In this document: positions 1-13,607 of the stretch, piece after piece | Layout of the letters: every line of letters starts with the position of its first letter | Position numbering within the stretch: the stretch's first letter is position 1 | Source of the DNA: Octopus bimaculoides | Taxonomy: Eukaryota | Length of the DNA stretch: 64,000 nucleotides | Direction of reading: 5' to 3' | Assembly: GCF_001194135.2 (NCBI RefSeq) | Contig: NC_068983.1 | Coordinates: 27,493,433-27,557,432, forward strand | Notes under the pieces: model-generated | Databases searched by the model: none | Told to the model about the DNA's origin: nothing | The model's input: only the letters and a program-made list of their open reading frames with translations | Position numbers and translations under genes: made by a program

Positions 1-13
1 TACTAATAATAAT

Positions 14-147
14 AGAAGAAGAAGAAGAAGAAGAAGAAGAAGAAGAAGAAGAAGAAGAAGAAGAAGAAGAAGAAGAAGAAGAAGAAGAAGAAGACGAAGA
101 AGAAGAAGAAGAAGAAGAAGAAGAAGAAGAAGAAGAAGAAGAAGAAG

Positions 148-177
<30 letters not shown>
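14..177. repeat. (GAA)n microsatellite
   Basis: Near-perfect GAA array with one GAC interruption. Confidence 0.98.
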
Positions 178-178
<1 letters not shown>

Positions 179-404
179 CACTGACAAAAAGATTTGGAAC
201 TAAAAGATTCAGATGTAAATAAGAAAGAAAACACCGAGAAGGTGCATAAAACGAAGAAATAAATGCACCAAAATAGAGAGAAGCATTATTAAAAATAGCT
301 GTGCACAACAGATCTTCAAATATCGCTTCTGCAATTTTTCATAACTATAAATGGTTTCGTTTCCCTCAAATCATTTTGTATTATTCATGCCGCACACACT
401 GCAT

Positions 405-436
<32 letters not shown>

Positions 437-459
437 CGACAACGATAACGATAACGATA

Positions 460-499
<40 letters not shown>

Positions 500-515
500 G
501 AACAACAACAACAAC
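405..515. repeat. Compound trinucleotide microsatellite (ACA)n-(ACG/ATA)-(ATG)n-(ACA)n
   Basis: Read directly from the sequence. Confidence 0.95.
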
Positions 516-1155
516 AAATCGAAATATGACTAAAAGAATACGGTAAAGTAAAAAAAAAAATATTTTCAAGTTTTACATCCAATGTGCTTCTGAGGGAAAT
601 TGGAATAAATCAAACAGGAGTGCTGTGTGATAATTTGATATCGCGGTACGATTTATTACAATGGAACCAGAAATGAATGTTTGGGAAGACCTCTGTCTGA
701 AATAGAAGTTACTTTGGTATAAACTTGGCTATTCTTTTTCAAACTTATAAACTAATTTGTTAAATACACTTGACTAAATCTAATAACAACAATAAAACAT
801 ATCCTGCATTTGTATACGAATAAGTTATATATANNNNNNNNNNNNNNNNNNNNNNNNNNNNNNNNNNNNNNNNNNNNNNNNNNNNNNNNNNNNNNNNNNN
901 NNNNNNNNNNNNNNNNNNNNNNNNNNNNNNNNNNNNNNNNNNNNNNNNNNNNNNNNNNNNNNNNNNNNNNNNNNNNNNNNNNNNNNNNNNNNNNNNNNNN
1001 NNNNNNNNNNNNNNNNNNNNNNNNNNNNNNNNNNNNNNNNNNNNNNNNNNNNNNNNNNNNNNNNNNNNNNNNNNNNNNNNNNNNNNNNNNNNNNNNNNNN
1101 NNNNNNNNNNNNNNNNNNNNNNNNNNNNNNNNNNNNNNNNNNNNNNNNNNNNNNN

Positions 1156-1189
<34 letters not shown>

Positions 1190-1190
<1 letters not shown>

Positions 1191-1345
1191 GAGAATGTAC
1201 GAAAAAACAACAACAGACGAGGACAGGTGGTGTAAATAACAAAAGGATGTATTAGTATGACGCTCGGGAATACGGAAAGTCTTTGACGTTTCGAGCTACG
1301 GTCTTAAACAGAAAGAATACGGAGACAAGGAGAAAAACATATATA
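1190..1345 (-). mobile_element. Short element inserted in (TA)n, with a degenerate hammerhead-like motif (Penelope-like terminal repeat)
   Basis: TA tracts flank both sides. The minus strand reads TCTTT-CTGTTTA-A-GACCGTAGCTC-GAAAC-GTC-AAAGA. Its 3' part resembles the TA-embedded insert at about 56420-56538. Confidence 0.5.
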
Positions 1346-1472
1346 TACATATATATGCGTATATATATTCACACATATACACACACGTATGTCCATACAT
1401 ACGCACACACATATATATATTTATATATGTATGTGTATAGGTAAATATATATATGTATGTATGTATGTATGT

Positions 1473-1581
<109 letters not shown>

Positions 1582-1833
1582 AACATAGACAGACAGATAA
1601 ATGTAAGATCCAAGGATCGAGGTGTAGGAAGAAAATGTGCTTCATATAGAGCCTTGGTCTTTTATCTCATTACGAAAAGTAAATCCTTGTATTCACACGC
1701 TGATATATGACCTACGTTGGATCCCTTATCCGCATAATCACCGAACCGGGAGCTTAACTATGGTCTATCCATACTATTTACTCAGCATTTCCTGAAACCT
1801 CTGGGTCTAATTGACACCACTATCGTTCATAAC

Positions 1834-1876
<43 letters not shown>

Positions 1877-1894
1877 GCAGTTCATCAATGGAAC

Positions 1895-2410
1895 AGCTGA
1901 GCTACGAAGAATGAGCTACGAAGAAAGAGCTACGACTCTACTCTCTGGAGCGAAGACGGAAGAATTTATGCAGTGATATATGTGTGGAAGATACTGGAGT
2001 TACTTGCACCAAATTATGGAATTGATACTTATAACAGACCTCGAATTGAACGGCACTGCACTGTTCCAACAGTCCCAGCTTTCCCATTTAAGGTGAAGAC
2101 TGTGCTGCAATAGCTTGGGATTCAAGGGCCCACTGGTATTTAATACCTCGCCAAAACATCTGAGAGATCTCCATTTTCCATGGGACTGGGTAGATGATTT
2201 CAAGAAACAACCTGGCTTCTTGCTATTCAAGATCCCAGATGAACCAATATCAAGGCAGGAAACTAAAAAAAAGACAGCAGTGTCGAACTCCCTCCTTCAC
2301 CAAAAGCCAATCCCATAGAATTGGCCAATTCAAAGGTGATTATACTAGCGATTCCCCAGCATGACCACAGCATTAGGGCTGAAACATATAAAAGAATGAA
2401 GAATAAAAGA
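1895..2410 (+). mobile_element. 3' end of a CR1/L2-group LINE, decayed
   Basis: Frameshifted translation LSYEE..LYSLERRR..YAVIYVWKILELLAPNYGI..RHC..LGFKGPLVFN..PKHLRDL..IPDEP..SNSLLHQ matches the post-RT C-terminus of CR1-group ORF2. A short 3' UTR and an (A/G)AAAGA-type tail follow. Confidence 0.8.
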
Positions 2411-2779
2411 GTATATGTATTGATTTTAATGAGGGTACGCTTGAAAATTAGAAATATAGGCATTCGTGTTCTGCACTATTGTAACACCTGGATATATTGA
2501 CGAGGCGCATATTTCAAATTTCATGAAAGACGTTGTATATATATTTTTCTCTTTTACAGGAATATTCGAGAATCATGTACTTCATTAATTGATCACTCAC
2601 AGAATAACTCTATTAGTCGAATTAGAATGTCCCTTAAACCGTTTGTATGCAACTCATTAACACATGTATATGTATGCATATGTGTAAACATAAATACACT
2701 AGTTTAGCTTTTTACGTACTTCTACAAGTTTTACAGTGTTATGCAGAGTTTCCTACTTAAAATAATAATTTATTTCGTC

Positions 2780-3130
2780 ATTTATCAAGCTGAAGTCAAG
2801 TGTTTTAGTAGATACAGCTTTTCAAGTGAACATATTGAACAATTTCTTCACCATTTGATATAGGGTCTGGATATAGAGAGGATTTTCCATGAGATATCGA
2901 AATAGGCCCCTTCGTCTTTAAGTTTCCAGATTAAATCCGAAAGGGTTGTTGATCTTTTCTCATCATGGTACCTTACAATTGAACGATGGTTGCTATAGCT
3001 AGACAATATCGAACTGGAAGAATGAGTGCTCAACTCTGCAATAATTATTGGTTAATCTGTAGATTAACATTACTTCCATGCCGAGAAAATTTCTCTCAAT
3101 TATTACCAAGCCTGCCACATGGAATATTTT
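2780..3130 (-). mobile_element. Penelope-like element, GIY-YIG/C-terminal fragment
   Basis: Translation YSNHRSIVRYHDEKRSTTLSDLIWKLKDEGAYFDISWKILSISRPY..RNCSICSLEKLY resembles the PLE endonuclease C-terminus (NH..F....STxLSxxIWxLK...IxWKIL..C.LC..EK). Confidence 0.7.
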
Positions 3131-4780
3131 CATTTCCTTGAATTTAATTTAACTCTTCACATTATTCTATTTCATGTATTTATACATATCGAAATTTTAG
3201 TAACGGAGAATTTTTTTTTTAAATCTATTTATAAATAAACTCGGGTTCATTCATTTACATTTAGAAATTAATTTTGATATACGATTTATTTACATGATTT
3301 TCTTGCCTCCCTATTATTCACAAGAAATGTGATTACTACTTCGATGTATCTCCATTGATTACGTTTCACCTAAATTTTCGAATGAATAAGCGCCGAGATA
3401 AATGGTTTTAAATCTCTGTTGGAAGCCAAACTTCAACCTAGTTCCTATATCTCACTTGACTGAGAATATACCAACAGAGTGAAGCACAAAACTGGAGACG
3501 GCGAGAGAAACAGAAATAAAAAGCAATGCATACATAAATATATGCATACACACACACATAACTCATTCCCTCTGTCTCTCTCTCTGCATATATACATATA
3601 TTGTGTACAGAGAGAGAAGGAGAGAAGAGAGAGAGAAAGGAAGGAAGTGAGAGGGAAATATTGAATATCTGTATGATAGTATATAAAAGTCGAAATACAC
3701 ACCAGTCAGTTTTAACTAGACAATAGGTCTTATATTTATTTATGCGGTAGGTGAAAATTTGATGCTATGACTACTATATATTTCCCCAGTGACATTAATA
3801 GCCTAAGTGAAATATAGCTAAAGCAGACAATGAAAACTTGATTGTGTTCTCAGCACACCGGGTCTTATTTATTTTGTCTTATTTTTTTTATTAAATGACA
3901 TTCGATACCTGATTTATTAAATAATTGAAATAGACTAAGTTGAAATAAAATAAAAATAATGCGCTCTCGAGCTAGTCATCTCTTTTTTAGGATAATTGAC
4001 AAAGTGAAAGGACTGATATTATTTTAACAAAAGGTTACTTTTGTGTTGATGTTTTAGTGCCGGGTTTCCATTGATCAAAAAAGCCTATGGACAATGGCAT
4101 TCCAGCCGTGACCATCATGTTTTCTTATCCAGCACTACATTATCAGTTGTATCATATTTTCTAGTACAGTATGCATAACGTGAAGTGAGATTTAGCTGCT
4201 ATTAGTTGTAAGTCAAGAGACTACGTACATGGGCCCTAGTTTGGCAGAATTTTAACCATTAATGAATGTGGATGACAAAAGGTACCCCTACACAAATTTT
4301 GTCACCTATATAAGAAATAACTTTGATTGCAGAATAATATAATTATTATATTACTATTGTTTACTTTCCAAATCAATATCTTCTACAAAATAACATTTTA
4401 TTTCACGATTATTGCTTGCTTCCGATTAAATATCGAAGATAACTTTTCTTTATACTTTGCATAATGTTAAAGCCCATGTTTACTTATATTGAAACAATTA
4501 TTTAGAAACGCACAATAAAATTCCTAATACACTATGATCCTTATTATTTTCTTAAATATCTCTATCAAGTTATTGATGGTCTTTTAATCCGATCGAATCG
4601 TCGCAGATTTTTACGCTTCGTAACTTAATTAAATTGATAAGTAAGATATTCGTCCAGGCTGTTTTAAATTCTTGCTTACATGGGACACGATAAACATGTA
4701 GTATTGTTCGCAAGACTAAAAGTATGATACGTTTCTTCTTTCAAGGAGAACCGTAATTAAATGTAAATAGTTAGTCTCAC

Positions 4781-4870
4781 TTGTACAAATGTTTCTAGCT
4801 TTCCATCTTTCGGGGAAACGTTTTATACCGTGTGATTTCATGTACGACAGGTCATAATTGAAATTTGCAC
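4781..4870 (-). CDS. Candidate internal exon (90 nt, phase 1-1), ANFNYDLSYMKSHGIKRFPERWKARNICT, unknown protein
   Basis: ggcttcag| acceptor, caa|gtgaga donor and an open frame. No recognisable homology. Confidence 0.25.
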
Positions 4871-4911
4871 CTGAAGCCATATATTTATGCTTGCTGTTGT
4901 TGTTAGTTGTT

Positions 4912-5024
<113 letters not shown>

Positions 5025-5479
5025 GAATAAAAAGTTTTGAATAGTATAACAGCGCACTATAATGCAAAAAATATTCGGCCAGGCTGTCCTTGGCGAAAAA
5101 GAAGAATACAACAGTCAATGAACAATCTACAAAAACATATCAAATCATATAAACCCTACCATTTCGAAGGGTGTGGTTTAAAAAAAATGGGGAAAAATTC
5201 CTGAAAAATTTTCCCCACAAATTTCTTTATAATCGTAATCTATGCCGTTTGAAAGGGATTTGTATAAATTTTCATTAAAAGCTACCAATCTTCCCGAAAG
5301 TTATGAGAGAAATCATTCAGATCTTGTAAATTTTCCGAAACTCTTCTATCCACTCCCTCATAAAAATTCTTTCCCATAAATCCCTAGCGGTACTTGTAGA
5401 AAATTTTGTTAATAGGAATTCACTTTTACAGTTGTTATGAGGCAACAAAAACTCGGTGGCGTATACATCNNNNNNNNNN

Positions 5480-5538
<59 letters not shown>

Positions 5539-7329
5539 CAAAGTTTACAGATGAGCTGCTGAATTGAAATCTCTATGTTGCTTTGAGCGAAAGTTAAAAC
5601 TTGCGAAATTGCTCTTCCTCTGTTGTTGGACTACCATGATGTTTGTTTTAAAAAAGAGAGTTTATGACTGTGATAAAATATTAAAAGTAATATTTACTAA
5701 CCAAGTGGGCACTATTATACAAAGAAATAATTAGACTTAAAATATAAAGATTATTAGAATTGGGAATCAAATGTGAAAATATTATCAAGAGGCTAGCAGA
5801 AAACTGCCCCGATGGCAGCCTTTCTACTATTATAAACAATATATATATATTATATATTATACATATTTATGTATTTTATATATATGTGTGTGATTATGTG
5901 TGTGTGTGTGTCTGTGTGTGTGCTTGTATGTGAGTGTGTGTATACTCAAACTTACATTATCACATGTACATCATATATCCACACATACATACGTACATGC
6001 CCTACATATACACATGCATGTAAACACGCAGATAAAGACAGAGAGATAGATAATTACGTAGATAAATAAATAGATAGCTTGAAAGTAAGTGAATCATTTC
6101 ATGCTTTCAGTTTGCCGATTTTTGTGTTATCTCGGTATCTTCAGATTTTAAAATTGTGTTGAGATCTTTATTGAAGTGCTGTCCTCTTGACAATTAGATC
6201 AATAACATCAGATACCTGCATCAGATACCACACATTAAGTATGCTCGTGTGTGTGTAATCAATTCGAATTCAAATGAAATTCTTATTCTTTACTGTTTTT
6301 TTAAATGTAGGTTTGTAACTGCTGCTCCATTGTTTTGATTATTGTAGTAAGATTTTTTACGGTACCGAAGAGTTAAAAAATATTTAATGTGTTATTTGTA
6401 TTTGAGAAAGATAGAACCGGACCAAGTTACATATATATAAAATTTCCGGTCCCATCTGCCTTTTATAACACTTAAATTACAATAGACAACGCGAACGAAT
6501 ATGAGCTAGTAATAAAACTTATCCCTACTTAGATTCTACGATAAATCATATAATTGGTACTTAAGCCACATAATTATGTGATCATTTTCGGAGAGAGGAG
6601 CAGCGTTGTGTATCAAGAGGCTTAAATTGATTGAAGAACACTCAATGAAGTCCACACTTCAATTAGATATCTTAATTCTTTAATTGTAACATGCCAGATT
6701 TAATGTTTTATTGTTTGCAAAATTCATCTCTTATATTCAATCATCCACAATTTTACTTTCGTCTTCGAAACCACATAGCCTACTGGTTAGACTATCTTAT
6801 TCAAAATCATAAAACTGTGAGTTCAGTTCCTAGTTCGTGTGATACATTGCATCCTTCAGACAGACACCTATTTTGTTTACTCAGCTGTAATTGGTATCAG
6901 CGAACAGCTGATGCAACTTGTTCTCTCTCTATCTTGGTATCAAACCCTAGGTATCTATGTATGATCAGGATAATATAAGCACCTCAAACAACCGGGGAAA
7001 ACATGGTACATGCTACTAAGCCATACTCCTGAGTGAGAGCTGGTTGCAGTATACCTTCAATTTCCTGCTAATTTCTTGGACTTAATTTTCGACGAAAAGA
7101 GGACTTTAGTCGGTTGTTGAACCTAATAAAAAACACAATCAAATCTCTTACACATAAAAGAAAACCATCAAGGCAGGAAAGTCACAACTGTAATGAGTTT
7201 GGTCATACTGGTCCGTAGACAGTTGAGAACACTGATCTTGGGATAATTAACAATAAATATCAATTACGTTTAGACTATAATACTTTCCTCGAGCTGACAA
7301 TATCGTTACCACGCCCGACAAAATGTTTA

Positions 7330-7622
<293 letters not shown>

Positions 7623-7755
7623 CGCCAAGCTGGAAGTATCTTAAAAACATCGGAGAAAAAATGCTTTCTCTGTCTCGTTACTTTCTGAGTCCAAAACCCG
7701 TCGATCTCAGTTTTACTTTCATACTTTCAGAGTGATAAAATAAAATACTAGTCAT

Positions 7756-7880
7756 GTGAAGGAGCGTAGCCTAATGGCTGGAGTACTGTCCTCGCGATCG
7801 CTAGGTCGAGGTTTCGATTCCCGGACCGGGCGGCGTGTAGTGTCCTTGAGCAAAGCACTTCATTTCACTGTGCCCTAGTG
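7756..7880 (+). mobile_element. tRNA-headed SINE 5' fragment
   Basis: A-box-like TAGCCTAATGG and B-box GGTTTCGATTCC, followed by GTGTCCTTGAGCAAAGCACTT as in the SINE at 30221-30480. Confidence 0.65.
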
Positions 7881-8197
7881 TTGTGTGGAGGCCAGCATAT
7901 TAAAGAATAGATCCCAGCTCTTCCTCTGTGTCATAAAAGCCGATTAAAAGAGGTAGAGGTGAGATCTGCAGTCGGACCACGTAAGAACTTCACCAGCAAC
8001 GACTACCCAAACGGACCCATACGTTGGTGGGTTGTCGCCAGAGTGTTGCGAAGGTGTCAATCGCCAAGCGTAGGGAACTTCCAACAAATGCTGAATGCAG
8101 CAACGCCCCGTTACAGTACATGTTCCGATACTGCTGCTACTACGAAACGTGCTTTGAGATCGATCTCCTTGAATAACTCCTCACTGTATAATTTCTG

Positions 8198-8580
8198 GGA
8201 GGCGCAATGGCCCCGTGGTTAGGGCAGCGGACTCGCGGTCATAGGATCGCGGTTTCGATTCCCAGACCGGGCGTTGTGAGTGTTTATTGAGCGAAAACAC
8301 CTAAAGTTCCACGTGGCTCCGGCAGGGGATGGTGGCGAACCCTGCTGTACTCTTTCACCACAACTTTCTCTCACTCTTTCTTCCTGTTTCTGTTGTGCCT
8401 GTAATTCAACGGGTCAGCCTTGTCACACTGTGTCACGTTGAATATTCCCGAGAACTACGTTAAGGGTACACGTGTCTGTGGAGTGCTCAGCCACTTGCAC
8501 GTTAATTTCACGAGCAGGCTGTTCCGTTGATCGGATCAACTGGTACCCTCGTCGTCGTAAGCGACGGAGTGCCAACACAA
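8198..8580 (+). mobile_element. tRNA-derived SINE family C, full length
   Basis: A box TGGCCCCGTGG and B box GGTTTCGATTCC. Flanking direct repeat ATAATTTC (8188-8195 / 8582-8589). About 94% identical by manual count to the inverted copy at 49.2-49.6 kb. Confidence 0.9.
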
Positions 8581-9883
8581 AATAATTTCCGGACTTCTGC
8601 TAAAACAGTATTCCTATTATCAAGGTGTCAAGCTGGCAGCGGTATTTCTCCTGATTCATTACGTTCCGAGTTCAAATCCCGTCTTTTATACTTTAGGGCT
8701 TAATAAAATACTATTTCAGCACTAATATCGATGCAGTCACCTTACTGCTCTGCTCAGAAGTGCGGGCCTTGAGCCAAAATTTAAAATTATTATAGTTTCT
8801 ATCTTTATTGTCATTTTTGCTATTTCAAAATCGCAAACATTTCCTTTTGTTTTAATTCAGCTTAAGTAAGCACATGCGCAGAAACAGAGGAGAAGCAATG
8901 CTCCTTTCTAGGAAAGGTAAGTCGATTCCACACCGGATCTGTACTTATTTTATCGTTCCCGATGTGATGCAAACAATGTCGAGCTTACTGGGGTGTTGAG
9001 CTCAGGACATCTCTAATTATTACAAATTATCTTGTTCGATAGTTTACTGGCTCGCTTAGATAATGAAAATCTGCCACAGATGCTGATCATTAATTAATAC
9101 ATAAGTTCCATTTGCTTTAACCACTTATAAATTAAGAAAATAATAATCAGAATGTTCTAATAATAATCACTTTATTCACATCCTGATCTTATACAGGTGC
9201 ATTGATCAATTAAAATTTGTTAATTGGAACGACACACTAAAGAGACATCTCCTCAAGTACAGTCTCTACTTCATAAGTAATCCTTCAAGTCAATTCAAGT
9301 AGAAATGGCGATCACCAGAGTGATGCGATAAGACTCGCGGATGAGGTGAAAGTGATAGAACGTAATTGTATTCTCTTCGTCGGTTTCCGATATTTTATAA
9401 TGCATTTCATCTTTGATGTCTTTAAGTTGGAATTTGAAAATGCGGGCGTCTATTTCTGAACTCATTTATCTTTATATGATTTAAGTTGTGTCATGAATGT
9501 CCTATATTTATAGATAAAGCACAATCATATATACTTTTTGCCTAGCCCACTGCCTATTACTCTAAAAAACTGCTGACTTAATGGGAAATTAAATGGATAT
9601 TGTGACAAGTTATTCCGATGTACTATACCTGTAACATAGCAATATGACTTGAGATTTTCGGAAGGTTAAAATTATTCAAATGACAGAATTGAAAGATATT
9701 ATTCCAGAACAATATTTTGCAATTAGAAGAGAAGTAGCTCTCATTAACTTCACTTCACTTTCATTCGAAGACAGAAAATATGAATTATTCTACAAGCACA
9801 CGCATAACACTCACGCATGCACACAATGTAACAATGCATACGCACAAAGCAGGAGCATAAATCCACACACATACTTACGTATG

Positions 9884-9968
<85 letters not shown>

Positions 9969-10508
9969 NNNNNNNNNNNNNNNNNNNNNNNNNNNNNNNN
10001 NNNNNNNNNNNNNNNNNNNNNNNNNNNNNNNNNNNNNNNNNNNNNNNNNNNNNNNNNNNNNNNNNNNNNNNNNNNNNNNNNNNNNNNNNNNNNNNNNNNN
10101 NNNNNNNNNNNNNNNNNNNNNNNNNNNNNNNNNNNNNNNNNNNNNNNNNNNNNNNNNNNNNNNNNNNNNNNNNNNNNNNNNNNNNNNNNNNNNNNNNNNN
10201 NNNNNNNNNNNNNNNNNNNNNNNNNNNNNNNNNNNNNNNNNNNNNNNNNNNNNNNNNNNNNNNNNNNNNNNNNNNNNNNNNNNNNNNNNNNNNNNNNNNN
10301 NNNNNNNNNNNNNNNNNNNNNNNNNNNNNNNNNNNNNNNNNNNNNNNNNNNNNNNNNNNNNNNNNNNNNNNNNNNNNNNNNNNNNNNNNNNNNNNNNNNN
10401 NNNNNNNNNNNNNNNNNNNNNNNNNNNNNNNNNNNNNNNNNNNNNNNNNNNNNNNNNNNNNNNNNNNNNNNNNNNNNNNNNNNNNNNNNNNNNNNNNNNN
10501 NNNNNNNN

Positions 10509-10572
<64 letters not shown>

Positions 10573-11613
10573 GATGTGTGTACGTATGCATGTATGTATA
10601 TCTGTATATAAATAAAGATAGGGAGAGAGAGAGAGCGAAGGATGGAGAGAGGTAAATAGACATTGACACTCACACACATACATAAGTGTACGTGCGTGTG
10701 TGTGTTACGTAATCTTGTAATAAAATATCAGAATTTTTGTAAACACACCGACCCATGGTTGCCTAGTCGAAATGATAATTTCTTCCGCCATACTATTTAT
10801 ACACAGATATGAACTTGAAAATGAGATAGAGCAGCAGACAGATAGACAGACGAACCTGGGGAACGCATTTTCTTTCACAGAAAATATTATTCACATACTT
10901 TTTTATTCTATTGTTTTTAACTGACGGAATCAGTAACATACTTCTATAAATGCAATGCTAGATTTCAGCTCAAGTCAACTAAATAATCACAATAATCAGA
11001 ATGCAGCCGCGCATTATTTTTAATGTCTGAGCAATATTTTCAAAAACTATGTATGATATATTTCAGGTTATTGTTAACTGCCATGCTTAACTGATCGCGC
11101 TTTGAAATTAAGATCCTCTCCCCCAACTATCAACAGATATTTCATTGACGTGTAAAATGAAATTGGGTTTCGATATTATAATTGCACGCTAATGAGTCAC
11201 ACACACACTCTCTCACACACACATATATAATCATATATNNNNNNNNNNNNNNNNNNNNNNNNNNNNNNNNNNNNNNNNNNNNNNNNNNNNNNNNNNNNNN
11301 NNNNNNNNNNNNNNNNNNNNNNNNNNNNNNNNNNNNNNNNNNNNNNNNNNNNNNNNNNNNNNNNNNNNNNNNNNNNNNNNNNNNNNNNNNNNNNNNNNNN
11401 NNNNNNNNNNNNNNNNNNNNNNNNNNNNNNNNNNNNNNNNNNNNNNNNNNNNNNNNNNNNNNNNNNNNNNNNNNNNNNNNNNNNNNNNNNNNNNNNNNNN
11501 NNNNNNNNNNNNNNNNNNNNNNNNNNNNNNNNNNNNNNNNNNNNNNNNNNNNNNNNNNNTATATACACATATTTACATATACATATACTTAGATTTTTAT
11601 AGATAGATAGATG

Positions 11614-11693
<80 letters not shown>

Positions 11694-12454
11694 CGAAGAG
11701 CGGGGTGGGGAAGAGACTGAAATTCTTAGATACACATAGAAAACAACATCTACGTACATGCATGTTCTACACATGCTGCAACTGTGTCTAGACAAAAAGT
11801 ATCGTTAACAAACGGAAATCACATGTACATGCATGCGAAAAGGCAATATAATTTCACAATTTCGTCTACTTATACATTTTTTTAAACAATTTATTTTATA
11901 CTTATACATTTTATAAATAAATTATTTTATTAAATATAATTCTCGCGCAAAATAACATTTAAATGTTAGAAAGGAGGCTACAAATTCCCTAAAACACTAA
12001 ATTTTCACCAGAATAGCGTTCCATGTTGACTTCAATTTTGCACTTGACTAATTTATTAGATTTTATTGAAATATTTGGTATAAACAGTATATTGATCGAA
12101 ACAAAATATCGATTGGATCTTAACTGATTTTAGAAATTTGCTTTTGTATTTCTTTACATAAAATGTGTTTTAAAACATTAAATATTTGCACAGACTCTTT
12201 CGTAAATATTCACACAACGTTCATTCATCATACACACATTATGATGTATGCATCTCCAGACACATGGCTGCATACGTGTCAGCGCGCGCGTGTGCGTATA
12301 CATGTGTGTGTGTGTGTGTGCGTGTGAGTGTATGTGTGTTTGTCCATGCACGGGCATGTATGTGTTCATGTATACGTGTATAAATAATTACATATATATC
12401 ACTATTTATTGATGCATGTTTATGTGTGTAGTTAAATGCGCGCTCATGTATTTA

Positions 12455-12699
12455 TGTTTATCTTTCATCTTTTACTTGTTATCAGACATTTGACTGCAGC
12501 CATTCTGTGGCACCGCTTTAAATAAATATTTAGTCGAATGAATGAACTCTAGTACTTATTTTTAGGCCTGGTATTTATTCAATCGGTTTTTGTGCCGAAC
12601 CGCTAGATTACGTGGTCGCAACCACACTAACATCGGTTGTCGAATGGTGGGGTGAGACAAACGCGAGTAGACACACACGCACATACACACATATATATA
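12455..12699 (-). mobile_element. SINE family B, 3' half (interrupted copy)
   Basis: Homologous to 40658-40880 and 56800-57003. Ends in the internal CA/TA tract where a mariner begins. Confidence 0.75.
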
Positions 12700-13290
12700 T
12701 ATTGAGTTATCCCCTAAATAATGCGGTTTTTTTCAATTGCATGCCCGAAAATTCGAAGGGGACGGGATAAACAACCTACATCAACTAGCTATAAAAGTGG
12801 GTAGTAATTTTATCGTATCTTTATTCTTAGTGCAAGTTTTGAAGAGCACAGTCCGATTTTATGTTATTATTTCAAAGCTATAATGGAAGTGGCAAAGGTG
12901 CTTATTCGGTATATTTTGCTTTATGAGTTCAATAAAGGCAACAACGCAATGGAAAGTGCAAGGAATATTAATGAGGTATATCGGACAATAAGCGTAAGCC
13001 AGTGTCAACGGTGGTTCCAGAAATTCCGAGGCAGAAACTACAGTCTAGGTGGAGAGCCTCGTCCTGCAAGATATTTAGTACTCAAAACTTCGGTTTTGTT
13101 ACTCAACCATTCAAGCTCCTCAACTGGTTCCTCAACAGTTACAATGGTATTTTGTTCCATCAAGGTTAGCAGGACGTCCTCGTCGAGTACTACATATCTT
13201 CCAGGACGAGGTTCGGCTCCTAGACTGTAGTTTTTGGCTCGGAATTTCTGGAACCACCGTTGACACTGGCTTACGTATATTGTCCAATTC
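12700..13290 (+). mobile_element. Mariner 5' fragment with an internal inverted duplication
   Basis: TA plus TIR-like TTGAGTTATCCCCTAAATAATGCGGTTTT. ORF at 12883 reads MEVAKVLIRYILLYEFNKGNNAMESARNINEVY..SVSQCQRWFQKFR..YSL..EPRP, a mariner HTH. There is no DDD catalytic part and no 3' TIR. Confidence 0.85.
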
Positions 13291-13467
13291 CCCGAAACGC
13301 CTGTGTTAAAATGGGGGGTAGCTGATGAAGGAAAATGTTCTCTATGTAGGCTGTGTGTGTTCTGTACTCTGGTTATTATTTTTTTTGTCTATGTTTTGTT
13401 TGTAAAGTCCTGTACCCAGATATGCACCTATATATACAGGTAGACGTAGGTATACANNNNNNNNNNA

Positions 13468-13499
<32 letters not shown>

Positions 13500-13507
<8 letters not shown>

Positions 13508-13607
13508 CACATACAATGGGCTACTTTTAATTTCTGTTCATTAAATCCAGTCAAATGCCTTTGGTCGGCCCGATGCTGTAGTAGAAGACACTTATCCGAG
13601 GTCTTAC
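13500..13607 (-). mobile_element. SINE family B, resumed 5'-side segment
   Basis: GGCTTTGGTCGGCCCGA..TAGTAGAAGACACTT is homologous to 40970-41050. Confidence 0.65.

Noticed and set aside
5540-5585. ACAGATGAG..GAAAT motif resembling a hammerhead
   Set aside because: The core is mutated, with no stem II and no NUH.
8198-8270. tRNA-like sequences here and at 7756, 30410-30480, 35728 and 56244
   Set aside because: They have A/B boxes but no complete cloverleaf, and they continue into SINE bodies.
13275-13345. GAAAC...CTGATGA in permuted (type II hammerhead) order
   Set aside because: The triplet is GCC, there is no stem I pairing and stem II is poor.
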